Virus record (IMG/VR): IMGVR_UViG_2802429351_000001
Span: 1-64,000 of that record
DNA: 64,000 nucleotides
Source of the DNA: a virus
Lineage: Duplodnaviria > Caudoviricetes
Strand: one strand, 5' to 3'
This document shows positions 9,709 through 20,434 of this stretch, one piece after another. Made by a program: the position numbers and the translations under genes. The notes beneath the pieces are model-generated. The model saw nothing but the letters and a program-made list of their open reading frames with translations. It made no database searches and was not told where the DNA came from. Position 1 is the stretch's first letter; each line of letters opens with the position of its first letter.

Positions 9709-11491
9709 CTTATCTTCAATAAAATATCCATTAGGCCATGCCCAAGCTTGGGTATTTGACCTAGATAATAAACCATTGTTAGACTACAATGGTAGACCAA
9801 TAGCTAGGTTTATAACTAGTTTCAAATATATTTATGATGAAGAATCAGATGATAGGTGTGATATAGAATTTACTGTAAATGACCCAGTAATATTTAATTT
9901 ACCCTTATTTTACAATGACGTAACTTTTAAAGTACAATGGGGTTTTAAAACACCAACCGGAGAACTTTATAAATCCCCAATTAGATTAGTAGCTGTAAGG
10001 GATTTAAGTAGGGATTATTCAGAAAAAGGTACTTCAATATCATTAGAATGTACAGATTTATTAGCATACCTTAAAGGTTATAAATCTAGAACTATTAGGA
10101 ATTTTCAAAATCCAAATGCTAATATAGCTTTAGAAACTATAAATAAAGGTGAAGACAATTTTTTAGATTGGTTAAAAGAAATAGTTAATGGCCAATTTAA
10201 AGCTACAGTTACCCATGATAGGACGGCTGTAAAATTTGACCTTAATGGCGGTACAAAAGTTGGGGACTATGATCCAATAAAAGATACTTATAAAAATACC
10301 ACTCGAGATGTTACCAGTATACCCCAAAAATTTATATACCAATTTAATGCCCGTAAAACTATAAAAGGTAAATCTAAAGCTTTAGAAAAAGCTATGGATG
10401 ATTACTTAAAATTTTTAGCTGTTTCTTCTGGAGCTTCAGGCCCTTTTATGATGGATGGTACTGATGATGTATTATCTATAAAACAAAGAAATTTTAAACA
10501 AGAATCATTTAAAGATTATTACTGGGCTATGGGTAAGGGTAATTTATTATCCTTTAAACCAAAAACTGAAAGCCGTAAGGTTAAAAAGGATAAAGCTATA
10601 AATTCTGATGTAAACCCTTATACAAAAGAAGATGTATTAGATGAAATAAATTACTCAGATACTACAGAGAATGAAAAAAATGAATCTGAGCAAGATAATA
10701 TAGATGCAGAATATGATAAAGCTTTAGAACAATATGCTAAAGATGCTAGGGATATATTTCTGGATAATGTAAAAAACCCTGAACAACAAAATGAATTACC
10801 AGATTTCTCTTATGTAAAAACATTAAGCAAAATAGATAAAACAAAAGCTTTTTATGATGAGACTAGGTTGAAACCAAATTTAAAAAGGATAACTATACCA
10901 TCTATAACTATAATCAATACACCTGAATTTCAAAGCATAATTGAAGAACAAAGTTCTGATATAAAAAAAGAATCCCTAAGAAAACAAGTATTAACCGGTT
11001 ATACATTAGATAAGATACAAAGGAAAAATGAAGCTAGTTGTAGTGTATTGGGCGATCCAACACTTATAAAAGGTAAAGTATATGGTTTTTATAATCTAAG
11101 TAAAAGGGATTCTGGTCTATGGTACTGTACTACTGTTACCCATTCAATAACTACAGGCAAGGGATACCTTTGTGAAATGGACCTTATTAAAAAACCTAGA
11201 ACGGTAGGTATAAGCGAAATAGATTATAAAGCTAAAAGGTCATTATTAGAAAAAGAAGATAGGTTAGAATTAGATTCATGGACTGAGGAAAAACAAAAAT
11301 ATGCTTATGACTCAGAGTATCTCAATGGTGAAAAAGTTTTAAAAAATAATCCTTTAGAATCCCTACAAGATATGGATAATAGATTAGAAACCCTAAATGC
11401 TTCAGATGATTTTATTAGGGATGAAATAGATGAACCAATAACCGGCGAAGGTTATAATGAATTTGATAAACCCAATAATGATGAAATGTAA
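9701..11491 (+). CDS. Baseplate hub (gpD/gp27-like)
   Basis: Position; C-terminal LGDPTL..G...SGLWYCTTVTHSI..GYLCEMDL. Confidence 0.7.
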   Translation: MADLSSIKYPLGHAQAWVFDLDNKPLLDYNGRPIARFITSFKYIYDEESDDRCDIEFTVNDPVIFNLPLFYNDVTFKVQWGFKTPTGELYKSPIRLVAVRDLSRDYSEKGTSISLECTDLLAYLKGYKSRTIRNFQNPNANIALETINKGEDNFLDWLKEIVNGQFKATVTHDRTAVKFDLNGGTKVGDYDPIKDTYKNTTRDVTSIPQKFIYQFNARKTIKGKSKALEKAMDDYLKFLAVSSGASGPFMMDGTDDVLSIKQRNFKQESFKDYYWAMGKGNLLSFKPKTESRKVKKDKAINSDVNPYTKEDVLDEINYSDTTENEKNESEQDNIDAEYDKALEQYAKDARDIFLDNVKNPEQQNELPDFSYVKTLSKIDKTKAFYDETRLKPNLKRITIPSITIINTPEFQSIIEEQSSDIKKESLRKQVLTGYTLDKIQRKNEASCSVLGDPTLIKGKVYGFYNLSKRDSGLWYCTTVTHSITTGKGYLCEMDLIKKPRTVGISEIDYKAKRSLLEKEDRLELDSWTEEKQKYAYDSEYLNGEKVLKNNPLESLQDMDNRLETLNASDDFIRDEIDEPITGEGYNEFDKPNNDEM

Positions 11492-12228
11492 TGTCTTTAA
11501 AATTTAAAAATAGTATTTGGGATAAGATCATTAAATATGGTTTAGAAAATGTATTAGGTTTATACTATAGCGAATATAGGGCTATAGTAATAGATAACAA
11601 TGATCCCCTAAAATTAAATCGTTTAAAATTAATTATACCAATACTTAACCCCAACATACCAGATGATGATTGGGCTTGGCCAGTTGGTATTTATTCTGGA
11701 AATAATTATGGTATACAGGTACAACCTAGAAAGGGTGACCATGTATATGTTAGTTTTCAAAATGGTAACCCAGATTACCCCAGGTGGAGACACGGTTGGT
11801 ATGGGGAAGGTGAGAAACCAAAAGAATTTGAATCCTTATTAAAATATGGTTTTAAATCCCCAAGGGGTAATAAGGTAATAATTGATGATTCAAATGATTC
11901 AGAAAATATATTAATACAAATTACAGGCGATAGGTCTTGGTTCAAAATAGATTTAGAAAAAATAGAAAATGAGGCTAAATTGATAAAATTAGGTAAGAAT
12001 GGTGATGAACAAGCCATACTAGGTAATACCTTATTAGCTAAGTTGGATAATATACTAAATAAATTAAATGAAACATATAACACCCTTATTATTCATACCC
12101 ACCCGGGTAATAATTTACCCCCTAATATTAATTTTATAAATCAATTAAAAGACCAGCAAGGTTATATAAATGATATAAAAGATAAATTAGAAGAAAGCCT
12201 TAGTAAAAAAGTAAAACTAGATAAGTAA
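11491..12228 (+). CDS. Baseplate central spike (gpV/gp5 OB-fold)
   Basis: YRAIVIDNNDPLKLNRLKLIIP, P.KGDHVYVSFQNGNPDYP.W, HTHPG tip motif. Confidence 0.85.
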   Translation: MSLKFKNSIWDKIIKYGLENVLGLYYSEYRAIVIDNNDPLKLNRLKLIIPILNPNIPDDDWAWPVGIYSGNNYGIQVQPRKGDHVYVSFQNGNPDYPRWRHGWYGEGEKPKEFESLLKYGFKSPRGNKVIIDDSNDSENILIQITGDRSWFKIDLEKIENEAKLIKLGKNGDEQAILGNTLLAKLDNILNKLNETYNTLIIHTHPGNNLPPNINFINQLKDQQGYINDIKDKLEESLSKKVKLDK

Positions 12229-12229
12229 G

Positions 12230-12622
12230 ATGAGCAGGAATAAATTTATAGGTTCTGGTATGGTTTTTCCAATTTTAATAAATGACAAAGGTAGGCCAGA
12301 TATCATATCAGATAGTGATTTAATAAAATCTTCTATAAAGATTATATTAAGCTGGGCCTTTGGTACTAGATATTTTAATGAGCTTTTTGGAAGTAGGGTA
12401 GATGAATTAATAGAAGAACCAGATGATTCAGTTACTAAGTCATTATTAAAACTATTCATAACTGAATCCTTAAATACCTGGGAAAAAAGGATTACCATAA
12501 AAGGCATACAATTAAATAATAAGGGTGTAGGTAAGATAGATGCTATTATCTATTATTCAGTTAGAAATTCTAAAATAGAGGATACTATGATTTATCCATT
12601 TTACAACAATATAATATACTAA
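12230..12622 (+). CDS. Baseplate wedge/sheath initiator (gpW/gp25-like)
   Basis: IKSSIKIIL....GTRYFNELFGS.....EEP, WEKRI. Confidence 0.88.
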   Translation: MSRNKFIGSGMVFPILINDKGRPDIISDSDLIKSSIKIILSWAFGTRYFNELFGSRVDELIEEPDDSVTKSLLKLFITESLNTWEKRITIKGIQLNNKGVGKIDAIIYYSVRNSKIEDTMIYPFYNNIIY

Positions 12623-12625
12623 AAG

Positions 12626-14308
12626 ATGGCATTAAAAAATCAATGGGTAGGCTATATATCTAGGGGATATGAACAAATAAAAAAATCCCTATTATCAAGA
12701 TTAGGTGAAACTAATCCTGAAATAACAGACCATTCTGAATCCAACATATTGGTAATTATTATTGATATGTTTAGTGGTATTGGTGAACAACTAAATTATT
12801 ATATAGATAACATGGCTAGGGAATCCTTTATATCTACAGCCAGGAGATATTCTAGTATAGTTAAATTAACTAGATTAATAGATTATAGAATTAAAGCTGC
12901 TATACCAGCTAGCGTAGATTTAACCATTAGTTTACCTACAGAGCCTATATTTAAATTACAGGGCCAGGATGAATTTTTTATCCCAGCCGGTACTAAATTT
13001 AGTACTAATAATGGTATAGATTTTATAAGCGTAGCGGATTTAACCATAAATTCAAGTGGTAATTACAAATTACCCCTTTCACAAAAGGAGTTTGTGGATA
13101 ATGCTTTTATAGGTAATACCACCGGAAGCTTTAACCAAAGTTATTCCTTAGGTAAAGATTATGTACATAATAGTTTGTTATTAAGTATAGGAGGTCAGGT
13201 TTGGGAAAGACAAGAAACACTCGGTAGATCAGGGCCATTAGATAAACATTATATTGTAGAGGTATCTGAGAATAAGGTAGCAAATATAATATTTGGTGAT
13301 AATATAAATGGTGCAGTGCCAGAAGGTAACCAAGAAATAAGGGGTGATTATTATATAACTCAGGGTAAAGAAGGTAATGTTAATGCTAATACTATAGTAA
13401 ATACTGAATTTGTATTTGGTGATTATATAGATAATCAAGATATAACAATAACAAATGAACTATCAGCTGTATCCGGTACAGACTACGAAAATATAGAAAG
13501 AATAAGGAGGTCAGCACCTTTATCTCTTAGAACATTAGATAGGGCAGTAACTAAACAAGATTTTATAGATATAGCTAAACTATCACCAGGTGTTGACAAA
13601 GTAGATCTAAGTTATAAATGTGGGGAGAAAGCCAATATATATATTTCACCTAATGGTGGGGGTATAGCACAAACAGCTTTAATTAATTCCACAACCAATT
13701 ATATAAATGAGCGGAGAACTTTAAACACCCGTATTAGGGTATTAGCTTCTGGTGAAAGTGAAATATACCTAGAGATAAGCGCAACAGCAAAGTTCAGGAG
13801 AGATGGTATATCAACAGCAAATGATATAACCAATGCTTTATTAGAAAGGTATTCCTATGAAAATTCAGGTATAAATTCCCCTATAAGAACCTCAGATATT
13901 ATTGCTTTAGTAGATAATCTAGAAAAAGTAGACTATCTTAGTTTGGATAAAATATACCTGATACCTTATTTTAGATCCATAGAACATAGTAAAACCCTTT
14001 TAAAAGTATTTAAAACATTACAGAACAGTAATAGTATTATACACTGGGAATTAAAATATTATGGTAATAACTTCAAATTATTCAAGGAAAGAGCTTATGA
14101 AGCTGATGTAAATATAGGAGAAGAATACATAGATAAGGGTAGTAATTTTAGCATAACCATAAATGATAATAATTACCAAGATGGTCAAACTTGGGAGTTT
14201 ACCACCTACCCTTATAATAAAAATATAGAAACAGATGATTTTACTGTTCCTATACTTAAAACAGAAAATCTTAAATTAAGTGTTACAGAACAATTAATAC
14301 AAAACTAA
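12626..14308 (+). CDS. Baseplate wedge protein (gpJ/gp6-like)
   Basis: LNYYID..ARESF..TARR.SSI, IIFGDNING..P, G.DYENIERIR..AP......RAVTKQDF. Confidence 0.88.
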   Translation: MALKNQWVGYISRGYEQIKKSLLSRLGETNPEITDHSESNILVIIIDMFSGIGEQLNYYIDNMARESFISTARRYSSIVKLTRLIDYRIKAAIPASVDLTISLPTEPIFKLQGQDEFFIPAGTKFSTNNGIDFISVADLTINSSGNYKLPLSQKEFVDNAFIGNTTGSFNQSYSLGKDYVHNSLLLSIGGQVWERQETLGRSGPLDKHYIVEVSENKVANIIFGDNINGAVPEGNQEIRGDYYITQGKEGNVNANTIVNTEFVFGDYIDNQDITITNELSAVSGTDYENIERIRRSAPLSLRTLDRAVTKQDFIDIAKLSPGVDKVDLSYKCGEKANIYISPNGGGIAQTALINSTTNYINERRTLNTRIRVLASGESEIYLEISATAKFRRDGISTANDITNALLERYSYENSGINSPIRTSDIIALVDNLEKVDYLSLDKIYLIPYFRSIEHSKTLLKVFKTLQNSNSIIHWELKYYGNNFKLFKERAYEADVNIGEEYIDKGSNFSITINDNNYQDGQTWEFTTYPYNKNIETDDFTVPILKTENLKLSVTEQLIQN

Positions 14309-14309
14309 A

Positions 14310-15296
14310 ATGGCCCAATATCAACCAGATTTCCATAGTAGTGATTTTGATGGTAGGGACTTTGATACCGGTTCTTGGGGCTCATCCTTCAAGAACTGGT
14401 TTTTTGATTTACTACCAAGATATTTTAAAGAAAATGATAGTTATAAAAACCCCCAAGGACATGGTTTACTAGAAAGATACTTAACTATCTTTGGAGAAGA
14501 TTTAGATTATAATGTAATACCCAAAATAGAACTATACCTAGATATCATAGATGCTAGTATTTGTGATGAAAAATATTTAATACATCTATCAGATAGCTTA
14601 GGTAACCCCCCAGATGTATTTAAAGATACCGAAATATACAGGAATTTACTACAATACATAGTTACTTTTTATAAAATTAAAGGCACTATCAAATCATACA
14701 AATTATTTTTTGCTATATTAGGGTTTGATGTAGAAGTAGAAGAATTACCACACCAAGATGATGATGTTTTCTATGATTCTGGGGCAATATATGATACTGG
14801 CCAAGAATGGCATACCTATGATAGAAATTCATGTCTTATATGTTATAATTATAATATTAATATATGGCCCTCTAATAATAGGGATTTAATAATATCTTCC
14901 GATACTTTAGAAAAATTAAGAGAAGTTATAAAATTTAATGAACCACTAAATGCTCGGTTAGGAACATTTACTTCTACAATAACACTAAACTACAGTATAA
15001 ATGTAATTAGTCCCAATACTATGGAGAACATAAAAGGTTCAATTAATACAATTAGGGTTAAGGGTAATTTTACTACTTTTGATGCAGAGGTTGAATCAAG
15101 GTATGACAATGAAAAAGAAACTATATATTTTACCAGTATTCTAAAAGATGATGATTTTAGTGGTACTATAAATATATTAGAATTAAGAAACCCAGATATA
15201 GGGTACTTATTAGATAGTAAATCAGGATTAAATATATTAAAAGACTCGGAATCCCGGGTTAGAATAAATTGGGCAGTTAAATTAAACTTCAATTAA
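14310..15296 (+). CDS. Baseplate wedge protein (gpI-like)
   Basis: Follows gpJ; LP.YF, YKIKGTIKSY. Confidence 0.7.
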   Translation: MAQYQPDFHSSDFDGRDFDTGSWGSSFKNWFFDLLPRYFKENDSYKNPQGHGLLERYLTIFGEDLDYNVIPKIELYLDIIDASICDEKYLIHLSDSLGNPPDVFKDTEIYRNLLQYIVTFYKIKGTIKSYKLFFAILGFDVEVEELPHQDDDVFYDSGAIYDTGQEWHTYDRNSCLICYNYNINIWPSNNRDLIISSDTLEKLREVIKFNEPLNARLGTFTSTITLNYSINVISPNTMENIKGSINTIRVKGNFTTFDAEVESRYDNEKETIYFTSILKDDDFSGTINILELRNPDIGYLLDSKSGLNILKDSESRVRINWAVKLNFN

Positions 15297-15297
15297 G

Positions 15298-16359
15298 ATG
15301 GCACAAAAAAGATTTACAACTTACCGGGCAGCGGTTGAATCATTTCCTTTAGGTGAACAACACATAGGTATATTAATACCAGCTAGATATAAAGGTTATG
15401 ACTCAATGACTACACCCGATAATAAAGATATAATAATATCACATTCAGATATTATACGTAAAACCGATAACCAAGGTGAAACAGTAGATAATTATGGGGT
15501 ACTATTAATGCCAACAGGGATAGTAATACATGAAGAGGGTAGTATAAGTATTACTATGCCAAACGATACACAACCAGGGCCCACAGATTCAAAAATTAAA
15601 AAATTTCTATTGGTATGCGAACATAATTACCAACAAGTTGTTGGGGGGGTAGAGGCTAGTTATTTCTTTATAGCCTCTAACTCATTTGGGGAGAGTGTAC
15701 CAAATTTATCAGATAATACTAAACAAATAGCTGTAGGTATAATAACTAAAAATTATACAGAAAATTCCTTAAGTTATGAACCAATTAAGACACCTCTAAT
15801 AGGTGATACCACTAACCAAGATTTATATAATAGAATAAAAGATTTTATAAATATACCAGATGTACCTGAGATACCTAATATAGGCGAAATAGTTAAAAAT
15901 ATAATACAAAAAAATAGGAGTAGGATAATTGTAAGTCCCATTTTTGATATAGGGGAAGCAAGTAGCTTAAATACTTGGACAAGTATACCTTATTTATCAG
16001 AACCTGTATTAAATACTTCTACCGGGCATAATATACCAAAACATGATGTCTATATAAGGCACACAGTTATTGGGGATAATAAGGCTTATGTTGATGTAGA
16101 AATAACAAGGCAAGGTAGTATAACTAGTAGTGATATAGTATGGGATTGGGATTATGCAGATCTGATATCAATAAGTCTTATAAATTCCCCGGATAAAGGC
16201 AATGCTTTATGGACACCAATTGAGATATTAGGAGGAAATATAAGTGGTAAAAGGAATACAAATTCTGTGGTTAAAAGGTTCCAATTATATGAAGGTGGGA
16301 ACTTTGTCCAAGATTTAAGAATAAGGTTAGTTATACAAAATAAGATTATATCAACCTAA
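15298..16359 (+). CDS. Tail fibre attachment/proximal fibre protein
   Basis: Last gene of the baseplate operon; assignment by position only. Confidence 0.45.
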   Translation: MAQKRFTTYRAAVESFPLGEQHIGILIPARYKGYDSMTTPDNKDIIISHSDIIRKTDNQGETVDNYGVLLMPTGIVIHEEGSISITMPNDTQPGPTDSKIKKFLLVCEHNYQQVVGGVEASYFFIASNSFGESVPNLSDNTKQIAVGIITKNYTENSLSYEPIKTPLIGDTTNQDLYNRIKDFINIPDVPEIPNIGEIVKNIIQKNRSRIIVSPIFDIGEASSLNTWTSIPYLSEPVLNTSTGHNIPKHDVYIRHTVIGDNKAYVDVEITRQGSITSSDIVWDWDYADLISISLINSPDKGNALWTPIEILGGNISGKRNTNSVVKRFQLYEGGNFVQDLRIRLVIQNKIIST

Positions 16360-16360
16360 T

Positions 16361-16385
16361 AAAAAAGCCCGGGACTCCCGGGCTT
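16361..16385. terminator. Hairpin terminator between convergent genes
   Basis: AAAA-AAGCCCGGG-act-CCCGGGCTT; the A-tract gives a U-tail on the minus strand. A near-identical copy lies at 63597. Confidence 0.8.
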
Positions 16386-16403
16386 AGTTGTGTTTATTGT
16401 TTT

Positions 16404-17072
16404 CTAAGAAAGTGAAAAGTTAGATAAAGGGTCTTTACCTTTAAAAAATTCTTGGGCTAATTCCGTGGTATCTTTAATTTCCTTTTTAAGTTTTTTGATA
16501 TACCTATCTGTTTTACGTTTAGAACCTAAATCCAATCCCAAGTATTCACATAGTAAATTATTAGGTATCCTAGAATTATAATTGTTTATTCTTTCAATTA
16601 TATAAGGTGGTGGGTTTAATTGTACTTGTAATAATAGATAAGCATTATCGGATAATTGTTTTTCCATAAAACTTAGGGCTAGACTATAAAAGATTTCTTT
16701 TACATCACTTGAATTATCTTTACTGGGTATTATATTGATTAATTCATTATCCCCTTCTAGATCAACAGTAGAATTATAAAATTCCCCTTCTTGTCCATAG
16801 GCTTTTCTTAAGATTCTATATTTGAAAGTTTTTAAAGAATTAATTATAAAACCTTTTAAAACGTCTTGGTCTTTATTGTCAAAATGTTTATTAAAAACAA
16901 ATATAAACTTATCATCAAACCAAGATTCAACAATATCAGGTGTAACCCCATACCTTCTACTATCAATTTGCCTAGCCAAACTCTTTCTTAAATTACTGGT
17001 TTCTTTGTAAAGTCTATTAAATAATTCTGGAGAATAATCAGATTTCATGGGTTTTAAGCGGTGAATTTCCAT
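16404..17072 (-). CDS. Sigma-factor-like protein (region-2-like N-terminus)
   Basis: LFNRLYKETSNLRKSLARQI....G...DIVESWFDDKF......F......LKGFIINSLKTFKYRILRK resembles the sigma70 region 2 helical pattern. Lone divergent gene. Confidence 0.5.
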   Translation of the reverse strand: MEIHRLKPMKSDYSPELFNRLYKETSNLRKSLARQIDSRRYGVTPDIVESWFDDKFIFVFNKHFDNKDQDVLKGFIINSLKTFKYRILRKAYGQEGEFYNSTVDLEGDNELINIIPSKDNSSDVKEIFYSLALSFMEKQLSDNAYLLLQVQLNPPPYIIERINNYNSRIPNNLLCEYLGLDLGSKRKTDRYIKKLKKEIKDTTELAQEFFKGKDPLSNFSLS

Positions 17073-17106
17073 ATAGTTAACATTTTATTAATTAGCGTTT
17101 GAAATT

Positions 17107-17114
17107 CAAATATA
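17107..17114 (-). promoter_or_regulatory. TATATTTG (-7 box) for the minus-strand sigma-like gene
   Basis: CAAATATA on the + strand, 34 nt upstream of the ATG at 17072; no GTG or TTTG partner found. Confidence 0.55.
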
Positions 17115-17161
17115 ATATAAATTTTTGAATAATAAAAAGAGTGGGTTAAAAAAAGTCAAAG

Positions 17162-17168
17162 TACTATT
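17162..17168 (+). promoter_or_regulatory. TACTATT box upstream of helicase
   Basis: Intergenic, 29 nt before the ATG at 17198. Confidence 0.5.
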
Positions 17169-17197
17169 GTATAATACATTTAAAACAAAGCAATTAG

Positions 17198-18631
17198 ATG
17201 ATAAAACCGAAGAATAAGTTTGTTTTTACTGAGGAGTATCAATGGGATTTATTAAGGTTTACCGTCCAAGATAAATATGGGGAGAAAGCATTAAATAAAT
17301 ATTCTGATGATTATTTCACATTAGTAGAACATCAGGTATTAGCCTATGCATTGAAAACCTATTATAAAAGGGAAAGTAAATTACCAGGTGAAACCATATT
17401 ACGGGAAAGGGTACTAAGATTATTAAATTCTAAAGAGTATGCTTCTGTAGTAACAAAAGATGAACAAAAAGATATAATAGAATTAATAAAACCTTTATAT
17501 CACAAGCCAGTTAAAGATGGTAATGAGATATATACTATGTGTAAAGATTTTTCTAATTATATTAGATTAAAATCCGTTTTAGAAAACATTGATATACATG
17601 ATTATTCACATTATAACCAATTTGCTAATCAAGTACAAAATGCTATAATTGATGAGGATGAAAAAGAAGAATTAGAAACATCATTCTTATTAGGTAATAT
17701 AAAGGAAAGACAATTTAAAAGACAACAAAATAGTTCTATATTCCCAACACCTATCAAACAATTAAATGCATTAACCAACGCTGGGGGCTATGAAAAAGCC
17801 TCCATTCTAGTTTTACTAGATAAACAGAAAAAAGGTAAAACAATGGCTTTGGTTAATATAGCTAGGGGTTATCTTAAAATGAAAAAGAAAATACTTATTA
17901 TAGATTTAGAAAATGGTAAAGAAAATTATTTTTCAAGGTTAGAACAAAGTGTTATGAGATTAACTAAGAAAGAAATACTTTCCGGTGATTTCGATAATAA
18001 AGTTCAAAAAAGATTTAGGAAATACCATAGATTAGGTGGGGAGGTTGTTGTTGAAAGGATGCAACCACTTGTTACAACTACTAATGATATAAGGTCTAAA
18101 ATGGATACCCTTTATAAAGAATACGGTTTTAGACCTGATGTATTAATTATAGACTATGCTGCTAAGATGGGTTCTATATCCGGAAAAGATGACGAAAGAA
18201 GCCGTATATCAGATGTATACCTTGATCTAGATGGTTTAGCTGTAGAATATGACATAGAACACATTTGGTCTGCTAACCACGTTACTAGAGAAGGTGCTAA
18301 GGCTAGGCAAAAAACTAAATACCAAGGGGAAGATATTGCTTTAGCTATAGATATTGTCAGGCATGCCCAGGCCATAATAGGTTTAAATAGATCACCTATA
18401 GAAGAGGAAGCTGGAATATTAAGGATGGAGATTGTAGACCAAAGGGATGGACAACCAAATGGTAGAGCAGTATTTGATGTGGATATGGCAACACAAAGGA
18501 TGGATGAATTAAATAAAACAAGTAGAAAAACCTATGATGATGAAATATTTCCACAAATTATGTCTGGAGATGAAGATGATACTAAAACTGTAACCAAGAA
18601 AAAAGAAAGAAAAAGTGATTTCTCTAAATAA
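17198..18631 (+). CDS. dnaB: Replicative SF4 (DnaB-like) helicase
   Basis: Variant Walker A LDKQKKGKT, IDLENG, Walker B LIIDY, IWSANHVTRE, IVDQRDG. Confidence 0.85.
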   Translation: MIKPKNKFVFTEEYQWDLLRFTVQDKYGEKALNKYSDDYFTLVEHQVLAYALKTYYKRESKLPGETILRERVLRLLNSKEYASVVTKDEQKDIIELIKPLYHKPVKDGNEIYTMCKDFSNYIRLKSVLENIDIHDYSHYNQFANQVQNAIIDEDEKEELETSFLLGNIKERQFKRQQNSSIFPTPIKQLNALTNAGGYEKASILVLLDKQKKGKTMALVNIARGYLKMKKKILIIDLENGKENYFSRLEQSVMRLTKKEILSGDFDNKVQKRFRKYHRLGGEVVVERMQPLVTTTNDIRSKMDTLYKEYGFRPDVLIIDYAAKMGSISGKDDERSRISDVYLDLDGLAVEYDIEHIWSANHVTREGAKARQKTKYQGEDIALAIDIVRHAQAIIGLNRSPIEEEAGILRMEIVDQRDGQPNGRAVFDVDMATQRMDELNKTSRKTYDDEIFPQIMSGDEDDTKTVTKKKERKSDFSK

Positions 18632-19565
18632 AAATATTAAAAAGAAATTACACCAATACCTAAAACAAAGATTAGGTATGTATGATTATAGAAGGGGGTG
18701 GTTAAAAGGCAATTGTCCATATTGTGGGGCCCATAAATTTGGGGTTAACCTAGGACAATCCCGTTCTAATTGTTTTAAGTGTGAAAATCACCCCTCTCTA
18801 TTCCAACTGGTAATGGACTTAGAATACCTATCAACCATACCTGAGGTATTAACTTACCTTAATACATTTGAAGGTGTAGATTTTTATGAAGAACTAGTTG
18901 AACCCCATGAACTAAAAAAGGATATAACTTTACCTGAAGGTTATCGTAATATTAAAAGGGGAAATAACACCTTAGCTAGAGCGGCAAGGAACTATGTTAA
19001 AAATAGGGGTTTTGATATAGATTTTGTCTCATTAAAAGGGTGGGGTTATTGTGATAGGGGTAAATATTTTGGTTATCTAATTATGCCTTTTTACATGAAA
19101 GGCAAAGTTTGTTATTTTAATGCTAGATTATTTTTAGGTAATGGGCCTAAGTTTAATAACCCATTGGTAGAAGATTTCGGATTGGGTAAAAGTATGTTAA
19201 TATATAATATAGATGCACTGTTTTTATATAAAACCATTTATGCTTTTGAGTCGGTTACTAATGCTACAACTATTGGTGATAATGCTATCGGTTTAGGAGG
19301 TAAAAAAATATCTACATGGCAAAAGAATATTATAATAAAATCACCCTGTGAAAAGGTTATTATAGGTTTAGATGATGATGCTATTGATGATGCTATAAAA
19401 TTAGCTTTTGAATTAGTTGATTATAAGAAAGTAAAAATATTAGAATTTCCTTATAAAAAAGATGCTAATGATATGGGTCGTAAAAAAACATTAAAACTAT
19501 CACACACATCTAGGTATTTAAAATATGGGGATATAATTACTTTAAAAAATAATATGTATAATTAA
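18615..19565 (+). CDS. DNA primase
   Basis: Zn finger CPYCG...CFKC; TOPRIM FESVTNA / GLDDDA / KDAND; follows the helicase. Confidence 0.85.
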   Translation: MISLNKNIKKKLHQYLKQRLGMYDYRRGWLKGNCPYCGAHKFGVNLGQSRSNCFKCENHPSLFQLVMDLEYLSTIPEVLTYLNTFEGVDFYEELVEPHELKKDITLPEGYRNIKRGNNTLARAARNYVKNRGFDIDFVSLKGWGYCDRGKYFGYLIMPFYMKGKVCYFNARLFLGNGPKFNNPLVEDFGLGKSMLIYNIDALFLYKTIYAFESVTNATTIGDNAIGLGGKKISTWQKNIIIKSPCEKVIIGLDDDAIDDAIKLAFELVDYKKVKILEFPYKKDANDMGRKKTLKLSHTSRYLKYGDIITLKNNMYN

Positions 19566-20434
19566 TGAGGGAACCAAGTCTACATATTCGGGAAAAAGAA
19601 CTAGCACTAGTATTAAAAGATATAAAGAAATTCTATGATATAAATAAAATATCTACAGAAAAACTAGCTACCATTATATTAAATAAATCTAAAGGTAAAT
19701 CTTGCAATAATAGGTTAGTGATTATTAGTAATGAAAAATTAAACAGGAAAACAAATCAGGTGCTTAAATCTAAAAAAGAAGATGCATCTTTGTTATCCAG
19801 TTTAATATATATGTTAAGGCAAAAGAAAAAACATAGGGGTATAACCCGGATAGACCAGGACCATAGGGATTGGCCCAAATTAAAAAAATTAGCTTTGGTT
19901 TGTTTGGATTTTTGTAATGATAACAATTTAGATAAAAAAGCTGGTTTCATTAGGTATCTACAAATAGGCTTAGATAAAATCACTTCATATCGTAACTATA
20001 TTGGTAAGTTATTGGATATGGCAGAAAGTATTAACCAGGAATACGAACTTTTACTCCAAATTCAAGATGACACTAATAAACCCGAGACCCAGGAAATACA
20101 TGATTACTATGTTTCAAAAATATCCAAGAATACTGGGTTAAGTGAAAACTATAAAAATAAACCTAATAAATATATTAGTTTTATAAAGGTTAGGGAATTA
20201 ACCGATGAATTAGATATACCCTTCGATATTTATATAGATGCCCAATTTGAGGCATTAGCCTGGGCTAATAGTTTCCCAGACCCTAATCAATTAGTAGGTG
20301 ATAAGGCTATGGAAAGGCTAAATAAATACCTGTATGAAAACAAAATCAGGAAAAAAGGCAAGAAAGAAATTAAAACCAATGATGAACTAAAAGATGCATT
20401 ATTAAAACTAAAACTTAAAACCCGTAAGAAATGA
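19565..20434 (+). CDS. Hypothetical protein in replication cluster
   Basis: 289-aa ORF coupled to both neighbours. Confidence 0.6.
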   Translation: MREPSLHIREKELALVLKDIKKFYDINKISTEKLATIILNKSKGKSCNNRLVIISNEKLNRKTNQVLKSKKEDASLLSSLIYMLRQKKKHRGITRIDQDHRDWPKLKKLALVCLDFCNDNNLDKKAGFIRYLQIGLDKITSYRNYIGKLLDMAESINQEYELLLQIQDDTNKPETQEIHDYYVSKISKNTGLSENYKNKPNKYISFIKVRELTDELDIPFDIYIDAQFEALAWANSFPDPNQLVGDKAMERLNKYLYENKIRKKGKKEIKTNDELKDALLKLKLKTRKK

